Origin: Anaeromyxobacteraceae bacterium
GTDB lineage: Bacteria > Myxococcota > Myxococcia > Myxococcales > Anaeromyxobacteraceae
DNA length: 64,000 nucleotides
Assembly (NCBI GenBank): GCA_032654565.1
Contig: JAULAX010000007.1
Coordinates: forward strand, 162,051 to 226,050
Direction of reading: 5' to 3'
The notes below the pieces were generated by a model. It ran no database searches. It was given only the letters and a program-made list of their open reading frames with translations, and was not told the DNA's origin. How positions within the stretch are numbered: position 1 is the stretch's first letter; the number at the start of each line of letters is the position of its first letter. Of this stretch, positions 9,819 through 21,631 are shown piece by piece. Made by a program: the position numbers and the translations under genes.

Positions 9819-10451
9819 ATGGAACAGCTCATCGAGAGGATCGCCAAGGCGCCCACCGGGCTCAAGGCCGGCGTGGTGGCCGGTGCGCTGGCGCTGGTCA
9901 CGGCGCTCTCCTACTTCGTCTTCTCGCTCCCCTACGGGCCGTCGGTCTCGGAGATCGAGACCCGCATCAAGAAGACCATCGCCGAGCAGGCCCGGCTGGA
10001 GCGCGACTACACCGAGAAGCAGGCCATCGCCAACGACCTGAACCGCTTCCGCAAGGAGAAGGAGCTGCTCGAGCAGCGGCTGGCCGAGGCCCTGGCCGAG
10101 CTGCCCGAGGAGAAGAACATCGACGAGCTGCTCCAGCTCTTCCAGGATCGGGCCCAGAAGGCCGGCCTGGAGATCTCCACCATCACGCCGGAGGCGGAGA
10201 AGTCGGAGGGGTTCTACGCCCGCATCCCCATCCCCATGACCGTGACCGGCAACTTCCACGAGATCGCCACCTTCTTCGACTCGCTGGGGAGGCTGCGCCG
10301 CATCGTCAACGTCAGCGACATCTCCATGTCGACGCCCAAGGACGTGGCCGGGAAGATGGTGGTGGACGCCAAGTTCATGGTCACCACCTTCATGTTCCTC
10401 AACCAGGCCAAGAACGCCCCGGCCGGCGCCAGGAAGGGGGGGACCAAGTGA
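9819..10451 (+). CDS. pilO: PilO
   Basis: N-terminal TM, coiled coil, LP...I..LL, G.FHEI..FFD, RIVNV; operon position. Confidence 0.93.
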   Translation: MEQLIERIAKAPTGLKAGVVAGALALVTALSYFVFSLPYGPSVSEIETRIKKTIAEQARLERDYTEKQAIANDLNRFRKEKELLEQRLAEALAELPEEKNIDELLQLFQDRAQKAGLEISTITPEAEKSEGFYARIPIPMTVTGNFHEIATFFDSLGRLRRIVNVSDISMSTPKDVAGKMVVDAKFMVTTFMFLNQAKNAPAGARKGGTK

Positions 10452-10981
10452 ACCGCCTCCGCCTCGTCGCCTCCGCCGCCCTGCTGCTCGGCGCCGCCGC
10501 CTGCGACAAGCCCAAGCCGGCGGTCACCGCCGCCCCCGCCGCCCGCCCCGCCGCAGCCGCCCAGCCGGCCGCCGCCGCCGCCGAGGGCGACAAGAAGCCA
10601 GGGGAGGCCTGGTCCTACTCCTCGGTGGGCAAGCGCGATCCGTTCCGCAGCTTCCTCTCCGAGACCCGCGGTGGCGGCCCCGCGCTGACCACCCGCTGCG
10701 CCACCCCGCTCGGCCGCTACGAGCTGGAGCAGTTCAGGCTGGTGGCGGTCATCACCGGGCTGGAAGACCCGGTGGCCATGGTCCAGGCGCCCAACGGCAC
10801 CGGCTACACGGTGCGCCGTGGCTCCTGCATCGGCAAGAACGGCGGCAGCGTCGCGGCCGTCCGCACCGGCGAGGTGGTGGTCGCAGAGTGGGCCACCCGC
10901 GCCGATGGAACCCGGGACCGGACCCAGACCGTGCTCAGCCTCCCCAAGCGGGAAGTCATCAACCTCGAGGAGTCGCCATGA
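10448..10981 (+). CDS. pilP: PilP lipoprotein
   Basis: Lipobox AAAC, RDPF motif, IGKNGG; between pilO and pilQ. Confidence 0.92.
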   Translation: MNRLRLVASAALLLGAAACDKPKPAVTAAPAARPAAAAQPAAAAAEGDKKPGEAWSYSSVGKRDPFRSFLSETRGGGPALTTRCATPLGRYELEQFRLVAVITGLEDPVAMVQAPNGTGYTVRRGSCIGKNGGSVAAVRTGEVVVAEWATRADGTRDRTQTVLSLPKREVINLEESP

Positions 10982-13770
10982 ACAACCACCCCCAGCGCCT
11001 TGCCGGCTTCCTCCTGTGGGGCGCCCTCGCGGTGGCCTCCCCGGCGCGCGCCGCCGACGCCAACGCCATCAGGTCCATCGACGTCGCCGAGCAGGGCGGC
11101 GCGGTGGAGCTGGCCATCCGCGGCTCGCGGCCCCCCTCCTACACCGTCTTCAAGCTGCAGGACCCGCCGCGCCTGGTGGTCGACCTGGCCGGCGCCGACG
11201 TCACCGCGGTGGCCTCGCCGGTCCAGGTGGGGAAGGGCGGCGTGCTGGCCGTCTCCACCGCCCAGTACAAGGACGAGCGGAGCACCGTGGGGCGGGTCAT
11301 CGTCGCCCTCGACGGCGCCCGCCGCTACGAGGTGCTGGAGCGCGGCGAGTCGGTGGTGGTCCGGGTGCTGTCGCCCGAGGCGCCGGCCACGGCTGCCGTC
11401 ACCCCCCCGGCCACGCCGGCCGAGCCCTCCGCCGCCTTCGCCGCCCCTGCGGCCCAGCCGCTGGCGCAGGCCAACGAACCTGCGCCCGCGCCGGCCGTCC
11501 CGGTGGCGGCCCCGGTCGACCCCGTGGTCATTCCTGCCGTCACCCCGGCCGCCCCGATCGCCGCCGCGCCCCCGGCCGCGCCCGCCAACGACAACGTGGT
11601 CTCCCGCCGCACCGACGAGGCCCCGGTGAAGCGCGCCGCCAGCGCCGTCACCGGCGTCAAGCCCTCCGGCCGCGGGCTGCTGCTGGCCACCGACGGCGAC
11701 GTCGGCTCCATCGAGATCATCGAGCTGAAGAACCCGGCCCGCCTCGCCCTCGACCTCCACGGCGTCGTCAAGGCGCCCAAGGGGACGGTGAAGCTGGACG
11801 GGGCCTTCGGCCAGGTCCGCTTCGGCCGCGACACCAACAAGGTGCGCGTGGTCCTCGACGTGGCCGGCGACCTGCCGGCCTACCAGGTCAAGCGCGTCGC
11901 CGGCGGCATCGCGGTGACGCCCCGCGGCGCCGCGACGCCCGCCCCGTCCAGCCCGACGCCGTCGGCGGTCGCCGCCGCCCCGGCTCCGGTCCGGACCCGG
12001 CAGGCCGCGGCCCCGGTGGCCGCGCCGAAGCGGGCCCGGATCAGCGACGTCACCTTCAGTCATACCAACGGCACCTCGCGCATCGAGGTGGTGGGCAGCG
12101 CCCGCCACACCGTGACCCGCCCCGACGCCCGCACCGTGGTCCTCTCGCTCGACGCCGCCGAGCTGCCGCGCAAGCTGGAGCGGTCGCTCGACACCAGCGC
12201 CTTCGGCGGCCCGGTGATGATGATCTCCTCCTTCAACCAGCCCTCCACCGGCCAGGTGAAGATCGTGGCCACCCTGCGCGGCCCCACCGCCGACGCCCTC
12301 GCCGAGCGCGGCGACGGCCTCACCTGGACCTTCGCCGAGCCGGCGGTGGCCAGCGGCGCCCGCGACGACGAGCCGGTCATGCTCTCCGACGACACCAGCG
12401 CCACCACCGCCGAGGCGGGGGCGGCCGGGTTCGCCGCCGAGGCCCCCAGCTACGCCTCGGCCGGCGCGCCCCAGAAGAAGGGCTACACCGGCCGGCGCAT
12501 CAGCCTGGAGTTCCACGACATCGAGGTCCGCAACCTGCTGCGGCTCATCGCCGACGTCTCCAAGAAGAACATGGTGGTGGCCGACGACGTGGGCGGCAAG
12601 GTGACCGTCTCCCTGCGCAACGTCCCCTGGGACCAGGCCCTCGACCTGGTGCTCCGCTCCAAGGGGCTGGGCAAGGAGGAGATGGGGAACATCATCCGGG
12701 TCGCCAAGCTGGAGGACATCGCCAAGGAGCAGGAGGCGCTGGCCAAGGCCGCCGAGGCCCGCAAGCCGCTCATCCCCCTCAAGGTCCGCATCATCCCGGT
12801 CAACTTCGCCCGGGCCGGTGACATGGCCGGCCGGATCAAGGACGTGCTCACCGAGCGCGGCAGCGTCTCCACCGACGAGCGGACCAACGTGCTCATCGTC
12901 AAGGACGTCCAGGAGGCGCTGACCCGGGCCGAGGGGCTGGTGCGCAACCTCGACACCGCCATCCCCCAGGTGCTGATCGAGAGCCGCATCGTCGAGGCCT
13001 CGTCCAACTTCAACAAGGCCATCGGCGTCCAGTGGGGCGGCAACGCCTCCATGTCGCAGGCCTCCGGCAACCCCACCGGGCTGGCCTTCCCCAACATCGC
13101 CTCCGGCGCCGGCGCCGCCGGCGGCGGCCCGACCACCGGCACCGCCAACGCCCCGCAGTACGCCGTCAACCTCCCGGCCGCCATCGGCCAGGGGGCCGGC
13201 GGCGGCATCGGCATGGTCTTCGGCTCGGCCGGCGGGGCCTTCAACCTCAACCTGCGGCTCTCGGCGCTGGAGAACAGCGGCGTGGTCAAGACCATCTCCT
13301 CGCCGCGGGTGGCCACCATCGACAACAAGGAGGCCACCATCGGCCAGGGCATCAGCATGCCCTACTCGCAGGTGAGCGCCTCGGGCGTGAACACCACCTT
13401 CATCGAGGCCAAGCTGGAGCTCAAGGTGACGCCGCACGTCTCCGCCGATGGCTCCATCCTCCTCAAGATCAAGGCCACCAACAACCAGGCCAACCCGCAG
13501 CTGACCGGCGCCAACGGCCAGCCCTCCATCTCCAAGCGCGAGGCCGAGACCGAGGTGCTGGTCAAGGACGGCGAGACCACGGTGATCGGCGGCATCTTCA
13601 CCCGCCAGACCTCCACCCGGCGCAGCGCCGTCCCCTTCTTCGGCAAGATCCCCATCATCGGGTTCTTCTTCCGCACCGACGCCGATTCGGACGACCACAC
13701 CGAGCTGCTCATCTTCATCACCCCCCGCATCCTCAACCGCCAGGCGACCGCCGTCGCCAACGGCGGGTAG
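10978..13770 (+). CDS. pilQ: Type IV pilus secretin PilQ with N-terminal AMIN domains
   Basis: AMIN-like repeats (DPPRLVVDL, NPARLALDL), RISLEF..NVPWDQALD, QVLIESRIVE, VPFFGKIPIIGFFF, ELLIFITPRI; start at ATG 10978. Confidence 0.96.
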   Translation: MNNHPQRLAGFLLWGALAVASPARAADANAIRSIDVAEQGGAVELAIRGSRPPSYTVFKLQDPPRLVVDLAGADVTAVASPVQVGKGGVLAVSTAQYKDERSTVGRVIVALDGARRYEVLERGESVVVRVLSPEAPATAAVTPPATPAEPSAAFAAPAAQPLAQANEPAPAPAVPVAAPVDPVVIPAVTPAAPIAAAPPAAPANDNVVSRRTDEAPVKRAASAVTGVKPSGRGLLLATDGDVGSIEIIELKNPARLALDLHGVVKAPKGTVKLDGAFGQVRFGRDTNKVRVVLDVAGDLPAYQVKRVAGGIAVTPRGAATPAPSSPTPSAVAAAPAPVRTRQAAAPVAAPKRARISDVTFSHTNGTSRIEVVGSARHTVTRPDARTVVLSLDAAELPRKLERSLDTSAFGGPVMMISSFNQPSTGQVKIVATLRGPTADALAERGDGLTWTFAEPAVASGARDDEPVMLSDDTSATTAEAGAAGFAAEAPSYASAGAPQKKGYTGRRISLEFHDIEVRNLLRLIADVSKKNMVVADDVGGKVTVSLRNVPWDQALDLVLRSKGLGKEEMGNIIRVAKLEDIAKEQEALAKAAEARKPLIPLKVRIIPVNFARAGDMAGRIKDVLTERGSVSTDERTNVLIVKDVQEALTRAEGLVRNLDTAIPQVLIESRIVEASSNFNKAIGVQWGGNASMSQASGNPTGLAFPNIASGAGAAGGGPTTGTANAPQYAVNLPAAIGQGAGGGIGMVFGSAGGAFNLNLRLSALENSGVVKTISSPRVATIDNKEATIGQGISMPYSQVSASGVNTTFIEAKLELKVTPHVSADGSILLKIKATNNQANPQLTGANGQPSISKREAETEVLVKDGETTVIGGIFTRQTSTRRSAVPFFGKIPIIGFFFRTDADSDDHTELLIFITPRILNRQATAVANGG

Positions 13771-13788
13771 GCAGGAGGGACGACCCCC

Positions 13789-14454
13789 ATGAACGCCCGA
13801 AACCTCGCTCCGCTGCTGCTGGTCGCCGCCCTCGCCGGCTGCGTCGACAACAACGCCTCGGTCCGCCTCTCCGGCACCTGCGCCCCGCCGGCGCCGGCCG
13901 CCGGGGTCTGCGCCTACTCGGCGACCTGCGACTCGGTCTGGATGGACAACCTCTGGGTCGACACCGCCTACGTCGACCCCGTCAACCCCTCGCCGCTCGA
14001 CGGGACCCTCTACTGGCCCTTCCAGGCGGACAACCAGCGGTCGGACAACTCCGGCCGCGATGGCGGCACCAACACCGCCACCGCCTTCATCACCGGCTTC
14101 AAGATCAGCTACTTCTCCGCCACCATCTCCATCCCCACGGTGACCATCGAGGACTCCACCCGGACCATCGAGCCGGGGGCCTCGGCGGTGGTCTCCATCC
14201 CGGTCATCCCGGTCAGCGTCGCCACCCTGCTCGGCGTGCCCCTGCCCGGCGGCGGCGACCTGCAGGGCACCGTGCGGGCCGAGATCCAGGCCACCGGAAA
14301 GTTCGGTGACGGCTCCTCCTTCGAGACCGGCCCGTACTCGGTGGTGGTCGACATCATCAACGGCGCCGGCGCCGGCTACGGCTGTCCACTGAGCACACCG
14401 AACCTGGCGGTCTGCCCCAAGGCGGGCCAGTCGGGCGTCCCGCTCTGCGAGTAG
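13789..14454 (+). CDS. Cys-rich lipoprotein of unknown function at the end of the pil operon
   Basis: RBS AGGAGG; lipobox LAGC; 6 additional Cys; beta-rich. Confidence 0.8.
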   Translation: MNARNLAPLLLVAALAGCVDNNASVRLSGTCAPPAPAAGVCAYSATCDSVWMDNLWVDTAYVDPVNPSPLDGTLYWPFQADNQRSDNSGRDGGTNTATAFITGFKISYFSATISIPTVTIEDSTRTIEPGASAVVSIPVIPVSVATLLGVPLPGGGDLQGTVRAEIQATGKFGDGSSFETGPYSVVVDIINGAGAGYGCPLSTPNLAVCPKAGQSGVPLCE

Positions 14455-14581
14455 CGGCGCGACCCCGCCTTCGGGGGGCTGCCGGTTGTCTTGACGGATC
14501 GCGCACGAGCGGGCTACATACGGCCCGCTTCGTGACGCGGTCCTCGTCTTTTCGGGGATTTACGACGCGGAGCGGCGAGCC

Positions 14582-14944
14582 ATGAGCTTTCGAGCACACC
14601 TCCAGCAGGTCGTCGAGAACGTCGATGGTGCCGTGGCCTGCGCCCTGATGGGCGTGGACGGCATCGAGGTCGACAGCCACCACCTCGACGGCGGGGACGG
14701 GCTGGACGTCCACACCCTGCTCATCGAGTACTCCTCCCTCTTCCGCGCCGCGCGCGAGGCGGCGGCGGCCCACGAGGCCGGCGCGGTGTCGGAGCTCTCG
14801 GTGCTCTCGGAGCGGCTGCTGGTGGTGGCCCGGCTCGTCTCACCCGAGTACTTCATGGTGGTGGCCCTCCGGCCCGACGGCAACTTCGGCAAGGCGCGCT
14901 TCATGATGCGCGTCACCGCACCGAAGCTGCTGGCGGAGCTGTAG
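14582..14944 (+). CDS. mglC: Roadblock/LC7 protein, MglC-like polarity regulator
   Basis: 120 aa roadblock fold (MSFRAHL...ACALMGVDGI...GNFGKARF); location between the pilQ-lipoprotein genes and efp matches M. xanthus mglC. Confidence 0.8.
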   Translation: MSFRAHLQQVVENVDGAVACALMGVDGIEVDSHHLDGGDGLDVHTLLIEYSSLFRAAREAAAAHEAGAVSELSVLSERLLVVARLVSPEYFMVVALRPDGNFGKARFMMRVTAPKLLAEL

Positions 14945-15031
14945 GACCGCCGCCCCGGCGCGCGCCCCGGCCCCGCCAGGGGATTGGGCTCCGCCGGTTC
15001 CAGGGACTTCCAACAGGAGCAGGAGAAGCAG

Positions 15032-15604
15032 ATGGGCGACAGCATGGACACCTCGGCGTTCCGCCGCGGCCTCAAGATCGAGATCGACGGCGACCCCTGG
15101 GAGATCGTGGAGTTCCAGCACGTCAAGCCCGGAAAGGGCTCGGCCTTCGTGCGGACCAGGATCCGCAACATGATCAACAACCGGACCATCGACCGGACCT
15201 TCAAGTCTGGCGACGTGGTGGGCAAGCCGGACATCGAGGAGAAGGAGATGCAGTACCTCTACCGCGACGGCGACCACTACAACTTCATGGACAACAAGAA
15301 CTTCGAGCAGACCTTCCTGACCGTCGAGCAGATGGGCGACTCGAAGAACTTCATCAAGGACAACACCACCACCCACATCGTCTTCTTCAACGGCAAGGCC
15401 ATCGGCATCACCCTGCCCAACGCCATGGACCTGCTGGTGGCCAAGTGCGATCCCGGCGTCCGCGGCGACACCGTGTCGGGCGCCACCAAGCCGGCCACGC
15501 TGGAGACCGGCTTCGTCGTCAACGTCCCGCTCTTCATCAACGAGGGCGAGATCCTCCGCATCGACACCCGCACCGGCGAGTACCTGACCCGCGTCGCCGG
15601 CTAG
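15032..15604 (+). CDS. efp: Elongation factor P
   Basis: HVKPGKGSAFVR, KPATLETG, VPLFINEGE, IDTRTGEY; RBS AGGAGAAG before the ATG at 15032. Confidence 0.96.
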   Translation: MGDSMDTSAFRRGLKIEIDGDPWEIVEFQHVKPGKGSAFVRTRIRNMINNRTIDRTFKSGDVVGKPDIEEKEMQYLYRDGDHYNFMDNKNFEQTFLTVEQMGDSKNFIKDNTTTHIVFFNGKAIGITLPNAMDLLVAKCDPGVRGDTVSGATKPATLETGFVVNVPLFINEGEILRIDTRTGEYLTRVAG

Positions 15605-15649
15605 TCCGACCGTCCCCCCCACGGTTCCAACCCCAAGGAGCGAGAGCGC

Positions 15650-16168
15650 ATGGCCAAGTCCACCAAGCAGCCCGTCAAGGAAGCCGCCCAGGCCTTCACC
15701 ATCGAGGACGTGAAGAAGCTGGTGGCGCTGGTCGAGAAGACCGACGTCAGCCTGGTGGCCTGGAGCCGCGGCATCGAGAAGGTGGTCATCCGCCGCGGCG
15801 CCGTGGTGGCCATGGCGCCCCACGCCCCGGTGGCCATGCACCACGCCCCGGTGGCGGCCCCGCTCCCGGCGGCGCCGTCCGCCGCCCCCACCGCCGCCAA
15901 GGCCGAGGCCAAGGCCGTCGAGGCCCCCGGCTCGGTGGTCACCTCGCCGTTCGTGGGCACCTTCTACCGCGCCCCCTCGCCCGACTCGCCGCCGTTCACC
16001 GACGTCGGCGCCAAGGTGAAGAAGGGCCAGACGCTCTGCATCGTCGAGGCCATGAAGCTGATGAACGAGATCGAGAGCGAGATCGACGGGACCGTCGCCG
16101 AGATCTACGCCCAGAACGGCAGCCCGGTGGAGTTCAGCGAGAAGCTCTTCCGCGTCGTCCCGGGTTAG
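15650..16168 (+). CDS. accB: Acetyl-CoA carboxylase biotin carboxyl carrier protein
   Basis: [17 protein letters not shown] biotinylation motif. Confidence 0.96.
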   Translation: MAKSTKQPVKEAAQAFTIEDVKKLVALVEKTDVSLVAWSRGIEKVVIRRGAVVAMAPHAPVAMHHAPVAAPLPAAPSAAPTAAKAEAKAVEAPGSVVTSPFVGTFYRAPSPDSPPFTDVGAKVKKGQTLCIVEAMKLMNEIESEIDGTVAEIYAQNGSPVEFSEKLFRVVPG

Positions 16169-16184
16169 GCGAACGAGGCCCCAC

Positions 16185-17570
<1,386 letters not shown>

Positions 17571-17609
17571 AAGGCGGAAACCCCTCGTCCTGACGGGGGA
17601 TTCCGCCTT
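17571..17609 (+). terminator. Long hairpin after accC
   Basis: AAGGCGGAAACCCCTCGTC / GACGGGGGATTCCGCCTT imperfect inverted repeat right after the stop codon. Confidence 0.55.
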
Positions 17610-17728
17610 GCGCCACCCTCATCCTTCCGTTACGCTTGCCAGACCCGCAGGGTCTGCGCAGGCTGGGCCTTCGTGTGCCCTGTCGGGTCGGTTGCACGAC
17701 CTCCTGCCCAGCGAGCCGCCCCGGCCAG

Positions 17729-20647
17729 ATGGCCATCGACAAGAACAAGATCATCGCCGAGGCCACCAAGCTCGTCCAGCGGGGGGCTTACGACAAGGCG
17801 ATCACGACCTACGAGAAGATCCTCAAGGAGGATCCCAAGGACGTGCGCGTCCTGCTCAAGGTCGGGGAGCTCTACCAGAAGAAGGGCGACGACCGGATGG
17901 CCGCCGACGCCTTCAAGCGGGTGGCCGAGACCTACGCCGACCAGGGGTTCTTCCTCAAGTCGGTGGCGGTCTACAAGCAGGTGCTCAAGCTCGACGGCGA
18001 GGACGTGCGCGTCAACGAGCGGCTGGCCGGCCTCTACCAGCAGCTCGGCCTGCTCAGCGACGCCATGGGGCAGTTCCAGCTCATCGCCGCCGCCCACGAG
18101 AAGGCCGGCGACGGGGCCCGGCTCCTCGAGGCGCTCAAGCGGATGGTGGAGCTCGACCCGGAGAACATCGGGTCGGTGGTGCGCCTCGGCAAGCTCTACC
18201 AGGGGGCCAACCAGCCGGGGCCGGCCCTGGAGCACTACCGGCGGGCCGCCGCCTACCTGAAGACGCACAACCGGGCCGACGACTACCTCAAGGTCGCCGA
18301 ACGGATCGTCGAGCTGGCGCCCGCCGACCTGGCGCTGACCCGCGAGCTGGCCAACATCTACATGGCCAAGGGCGACACCAAGCGCGCCCTCGCCAAGCTC
18401 CAGGTCTGCTTCAAGGCCGACGGGCGCGACGTGGAGACGCTCACCCTGCTGGCCCAGGCCTTCCGCGACCTCGGGCAGAACACCAAGACGGTGCAGGTCT
18501 TCAAGACCCTGGCCGACGTCCACGACCGGGCCGGCCGCCGCGCCGACGCCACCGCGGCCTGGCGAAAGGTGGCCGAGCTGGCGCCGGCCGATCCCGACGC
18601 GGCGCGGATGCTCGGCGAGGCCCGGCCCGCGCCCATCCCCACGCCCCCGCCCGTGCCGCGCCCGGCGCCGCCGCCGGCCATGCCGCAGGGCGCCCCGGTC
18701 GGCAAGGTGGCGGTGATGCCGCCGCTCCAGGCCTTCAGCCCGCCGCGACCGGCCCCGCCCCCGCCGCCCCCTCCGGCGCCGGCCCCGCCCCCGCCCCCGG
18801 CCGCGCCGCCGGGGCCCGTGCTGGGGGCCGAGGCCATCCCCAAGCTGCTCACCGAGGCCGAGGTCTACCTGAAGTACGGGCTGACCGAGAAGGCCCTCGC
18901 CCACCTCCGCTCCATCCTGGCCATCGACCCGGAGACCCCGGCGGCGCTGGAGAAGCTGCGCGACCTGCACCAGGCCGGGGGGCGGCGCGCCGAGGCCCTC
19001 GAGGCGGGCGAGAAGGCGATCCGGGCCGCCGTGGCCAAGGGCGACGCCGACCGGGCCAGGGAGTCGCTGGCCCGCCTGCGCCAGCTCGATCCCGGCCACC
19101 CCAGCCTCGGCGACCTGGCCTCCGCCTGCGGGACCACCGAGGAGATCCAGCTCTCCAGCGGCGAGGTGGAGGAGGAGCTGGAGCCCGGCGAACTGCCGGC
19201 CACCCCGGCCGAGCTGGAGATGGCCGACGAGCCGACCCGCGCCCTGGACGACGACGCCCTGGCCGAGCTGTCGGCCGGCGCCCGCGGCGACGAGGTGGTC
19301 GAGGACGAGCCGCTCGAGGCCACCGCCCCGACGCCGATCTGGGCGGCGGCCGCCATCATCCCGCCCGCACCCGCACCTGCTCCTTCGCCCATGCCCGCGC
19401 CCACGCCAGCGCCTGCGCCGCGGGCGGCGCCGGATCTGGACCTTGAGGGGCCCGACGCGGCCCTGCTGCGCACCGCCCTGGCGTCCGTCGACGCCGACGA
19501 GGTGGTGGAGGAGGAGGGCGGGGCCGCGCTCCCCGAGCTGGGGGAGGAGCCGCCCGATCTCCCGTCCACGCCCATCGCCACGCCCATCCCGGCGTCGCTC
19601 GCCGCGGCCCTCGACGCCTCCCTGGCCGCGAGCCGGCCCCCGCCGCCCGCGGCCCCGTCGCCGCGCCCCGTCGACCTCGCCGACGAGCTGGAGGAGGCCG
19701 ACTTCTTCGCGCAGCAGGGGTTCCTCGCCGACGCCCGGGACTCGCTGGAGCAGCTGCTGGAGGTCCACCCCGGTCACCCGGTCCTCGAGGCGCGCCTGGC
19801 CGACGTCGACCGCCGCCTCGCCGCCAAGCTGGCGCCGCCGCCCGCCCCGGCCCCGGCTCCGACCCCGGCCCCGGCCCCGGCGGCCGGCACGCCCACGCCG
19901 GACCCGCGCGCCACCCGGCAGAGCCCGCGGATGATCGAGCCCACCGCCCCCGGCGGCGACGGCTTCGACCTCGGCGCCGACCTGGCCGAGGAGCTCGACC
20001 GGGCCCCCGACCTCGGTGGCGCCGCCGACGAGTTCCAGTACTCGGTGGAGGACGTCTTCAACCAGTTCAAGCGCGGCGTGGCCGAGACCGTGACCGCCGA
20101 GGACTCGGACACCCACTACGACCTGGGGATCGCCTACAAGGAGATGGGGCTGGTCGACGACGCCGTCAACGAGTTCGAGACCGCCCTGCGCGGCAACAAC
20201 CGGAAGAAGGAGATCGACAGCCTCTCGATGATCGCCACCTGCCGCCTCTCGCAGGGGCGGGCCCGCGACGCCATCGAGCCGCTGCGCCGGGCGCTGCGCT
20301 CCGACTACCTCGCCAAGGAGAGCGCCAAGGCCCTCCACTACGAGCTGGGCGTGGTCCACGAGGAGCTGGGCGAGGGCGAGGAGGCCCTCTGGTGCTTCCA
20401 GAAGGTGGCCCGGGTCGATCCCGCCTACCGCGAGACCACCCGCCGCATCGCCGCGCTCGGTGGCGGGCCGGGCCGACCCCCCGACGGCATGGTGGCGGCG
20501 CGCCCGGTGGCCGGGCTGGCCAGGCCGGGCGCCGGCCCCGCGGCGGCGCCCCGGGCCCCGGACCAGCCCCTCTCCCAGGCCGCGTCGGCCGTCAAGCCGC
20601 CGCCGGCCAGCCCTCCTCCGCCGAAGAAGAACATCGGATTCCTGTAG
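17729..20647 (+). CDS. sgmX: TPR protein, SgmX-like (T4P activation/polarity)
   Basis: N-terminal TPR array (MAIDKNKII...), Pro-rich and acidic linkers, C-terminal TPRs with THYDLGIAYKEMGL; follows accC as in myxobacteria. Confidence 0.8.
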   Translation: MAIDKNKIIAEATKLVQRGAYDKAITTYEKILKEDPKDVRVLLKVGELYQKKGDDRMAADAFKRVAETYADQGFFLKSVAVYKQVLKLDGEDVRVNERLAGLYQQLGLLSDAMGQFQLIAAAHEKAGDGARLLEALKRMVELDPENIGSVVRLGKLYQGANQPGPALEHYRRAAAYLKTHNRADDYLKVAERIVELAPADLALTRELANIYMAKGDTKRALAKLQVCFKADGRDVETLTLLAQAFRDLGQNTKTVQVFKTLADVHDRAGRRADATAAWRKVAELAPADPDAARMLGEARPAPIPTPPPVPRPAPPPAMPQGAPVGKVAVMPPLQAFSPPRPAPPPPPPPAPAPPPPPAAPPGPVLGAEAIPKLLTEAEVYLKYGLTEKALAHLRSILAIDPETPAALEKLRDLHQAGGRRAEALEAGEKAIRAAVAKGDADRARESLARLRQLDPGHPSLGDLASACGTTEEIQLSSGEVEEELEPGELPATPAELEMADEPTRALDDDALAELSAGARGDEVVEDEPLEATAPTPIWAAAAIIPPAPAPAPSPMPAPTPAPAPRAAPDLDLEGPDAALLRTALASVDADEVVEEEGGAALPELGEEPPDLPSTPIATPIPASLAAALDASLAASRPPPPAAPSPRPVDLADELEEADFFAQQGFLADARDSLEQLLEVHPGHPVLEARLADVDRRLAAKLAPPPAPAPAPTPAPAPAAGTPTPDPRATRQSPRMIEPTAPGGDGFDLGADLAEELDRAPDLGGAADEFQYSVEDVFNQFKRGVAETVTAEDSDTHYDLGIAYKEMGLVDDAVNEFETALRGNNRKKEIDSLSMIATCRLSQGRARDAIEPLRRALRSDYLAKESAKALHYELGVVHEELGEGEEALWCFQKVARVDPAYRETTRRIAALGGGPGRPPDGMVAARPVAGLARPGAGPAAAPRAPDQPLSQAASAVKPPPASPPPPKKNIGFL

Positions 20648-20659
20648 ATTGGGGCCGGC

Positions 20660-21577
20660 GTGACCTACCTCGACTTCTACGAGCTCAACCAGGAGCCCTT
20701 CTCGAACGCGCCGGTGTCGCGCTTCTACTTCGGCTCGGCCCAGCACGCCCAGGCCTTGATGCGGCTCACCCACGCCGTCTCCAACATGAAGGGGCTGGCG
20801 GTGCTGGTGGGCGACATCGGCGCCGGCAAGACCACCCTGGCCCGCCGCATGCTCGACAGCCTCCCCGAGGAGGAGTACGAGGCGGCGCTGCTGGTCATCA
20901 TCCACTCCGGCATCACCGCCGGCTGGCTGCTGCGCCGCATCGCCCTGCAGCTCGGGGTGGAGTCGCCGGCCGAGGAGAAGCTGGCCCTGCTCTCGCAGCT
21001 CTACCAGCGCCTGGTGAAGATCTACGAGCAGGGGAGGAAGGCGGTGGTGCTCATCGACGAGGCCCAGATGCTGGCCTCGCGCGAGCTGATGGAGGAGTTC
21101 CGCGGCCTGCTCAACCTCGAGGTTCCGGAGCGCAAGCTGCTCTCCTTCGTCTTCTTCGGCCTCCCGGAGATCGAGGACAACCTCCGGCTCGACCCCCCGC
21201 TGGCGCAGCGGGTGGCGCTCAAGTACCGGCTCGAGCCGCTCAAGCCGCAGGACACCGAGGCCTACATCCACCACCGGCTGCGCCTGGCCGGGGCGACGCG
21301 CATCCCCTTCACCGCCGCCGGCATGGTGGCCATCCACGCCCAGTCCCGGGGCACGCCCCGGCTCATCAACACCATCTGTGACAACGCCCTCTTCGAGGGC
21401 TTCGTGGCCCGCACCCGGGAGATCGACGACAAGGCCATCGGCCGGGTCGCCCGAGATCTCGGGCTGGTGGGCCCCGAGGCGCCCCCCCCCGCGCCGCTCG
21501 AGGTCGAACGGCCCTCCGCCCGTCCCCGCATCGACCTCGGGGACATCGACCGGTATCTCGAGTCGCTCACCAAGTAG
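20660..21577 (+). CDS. ExeA/GspA-family AAA ATPase
   Basis: YLDFYEL..EPF, GDIGAGKTT, LIDEAQ, SRGTPRLINTICDNAL. Confidence 0.9.
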   Translation: MTYLDFYELNQEPFSNAPVSRFYFGSAQHAQALMRLTHAVSNMKGLAVLVGDIGAGKTTLARRMLDSLPEEEYEAALLVIIHSGITAGWLLRRIALQLGVESPAEEKLALLSQLYQRLVKIYEQGRKAVVLIDEAQMLASRELMEEFRGLLNLEVPERKLLSFVFFGLPEIEDNLRLDPPLAQRVALKYRLEPLKPQDTEAYIHHRLRLAGATRIPFTAAGMVAIHAQSRGTPRLINTICDNALFEGFVARTREIDDKAIGRVARDLGLVGPEAPPPAPLEVERPSARPRIDLGDIDRYLESLTK

Positions 21578-21631
21578 CGCGGGGCCGCCGGCAGCTTGGC
21601 GGCGGGGCCCCGCGGCGGGACAATCGGTAGC

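Noticed and set aside
18630..19900. Pro/Ala codon repeats in sgmX (also the pilD and pilQ linkers) as DNA repeat elements
   Set aside because: Explained by low-complexity protein linkers
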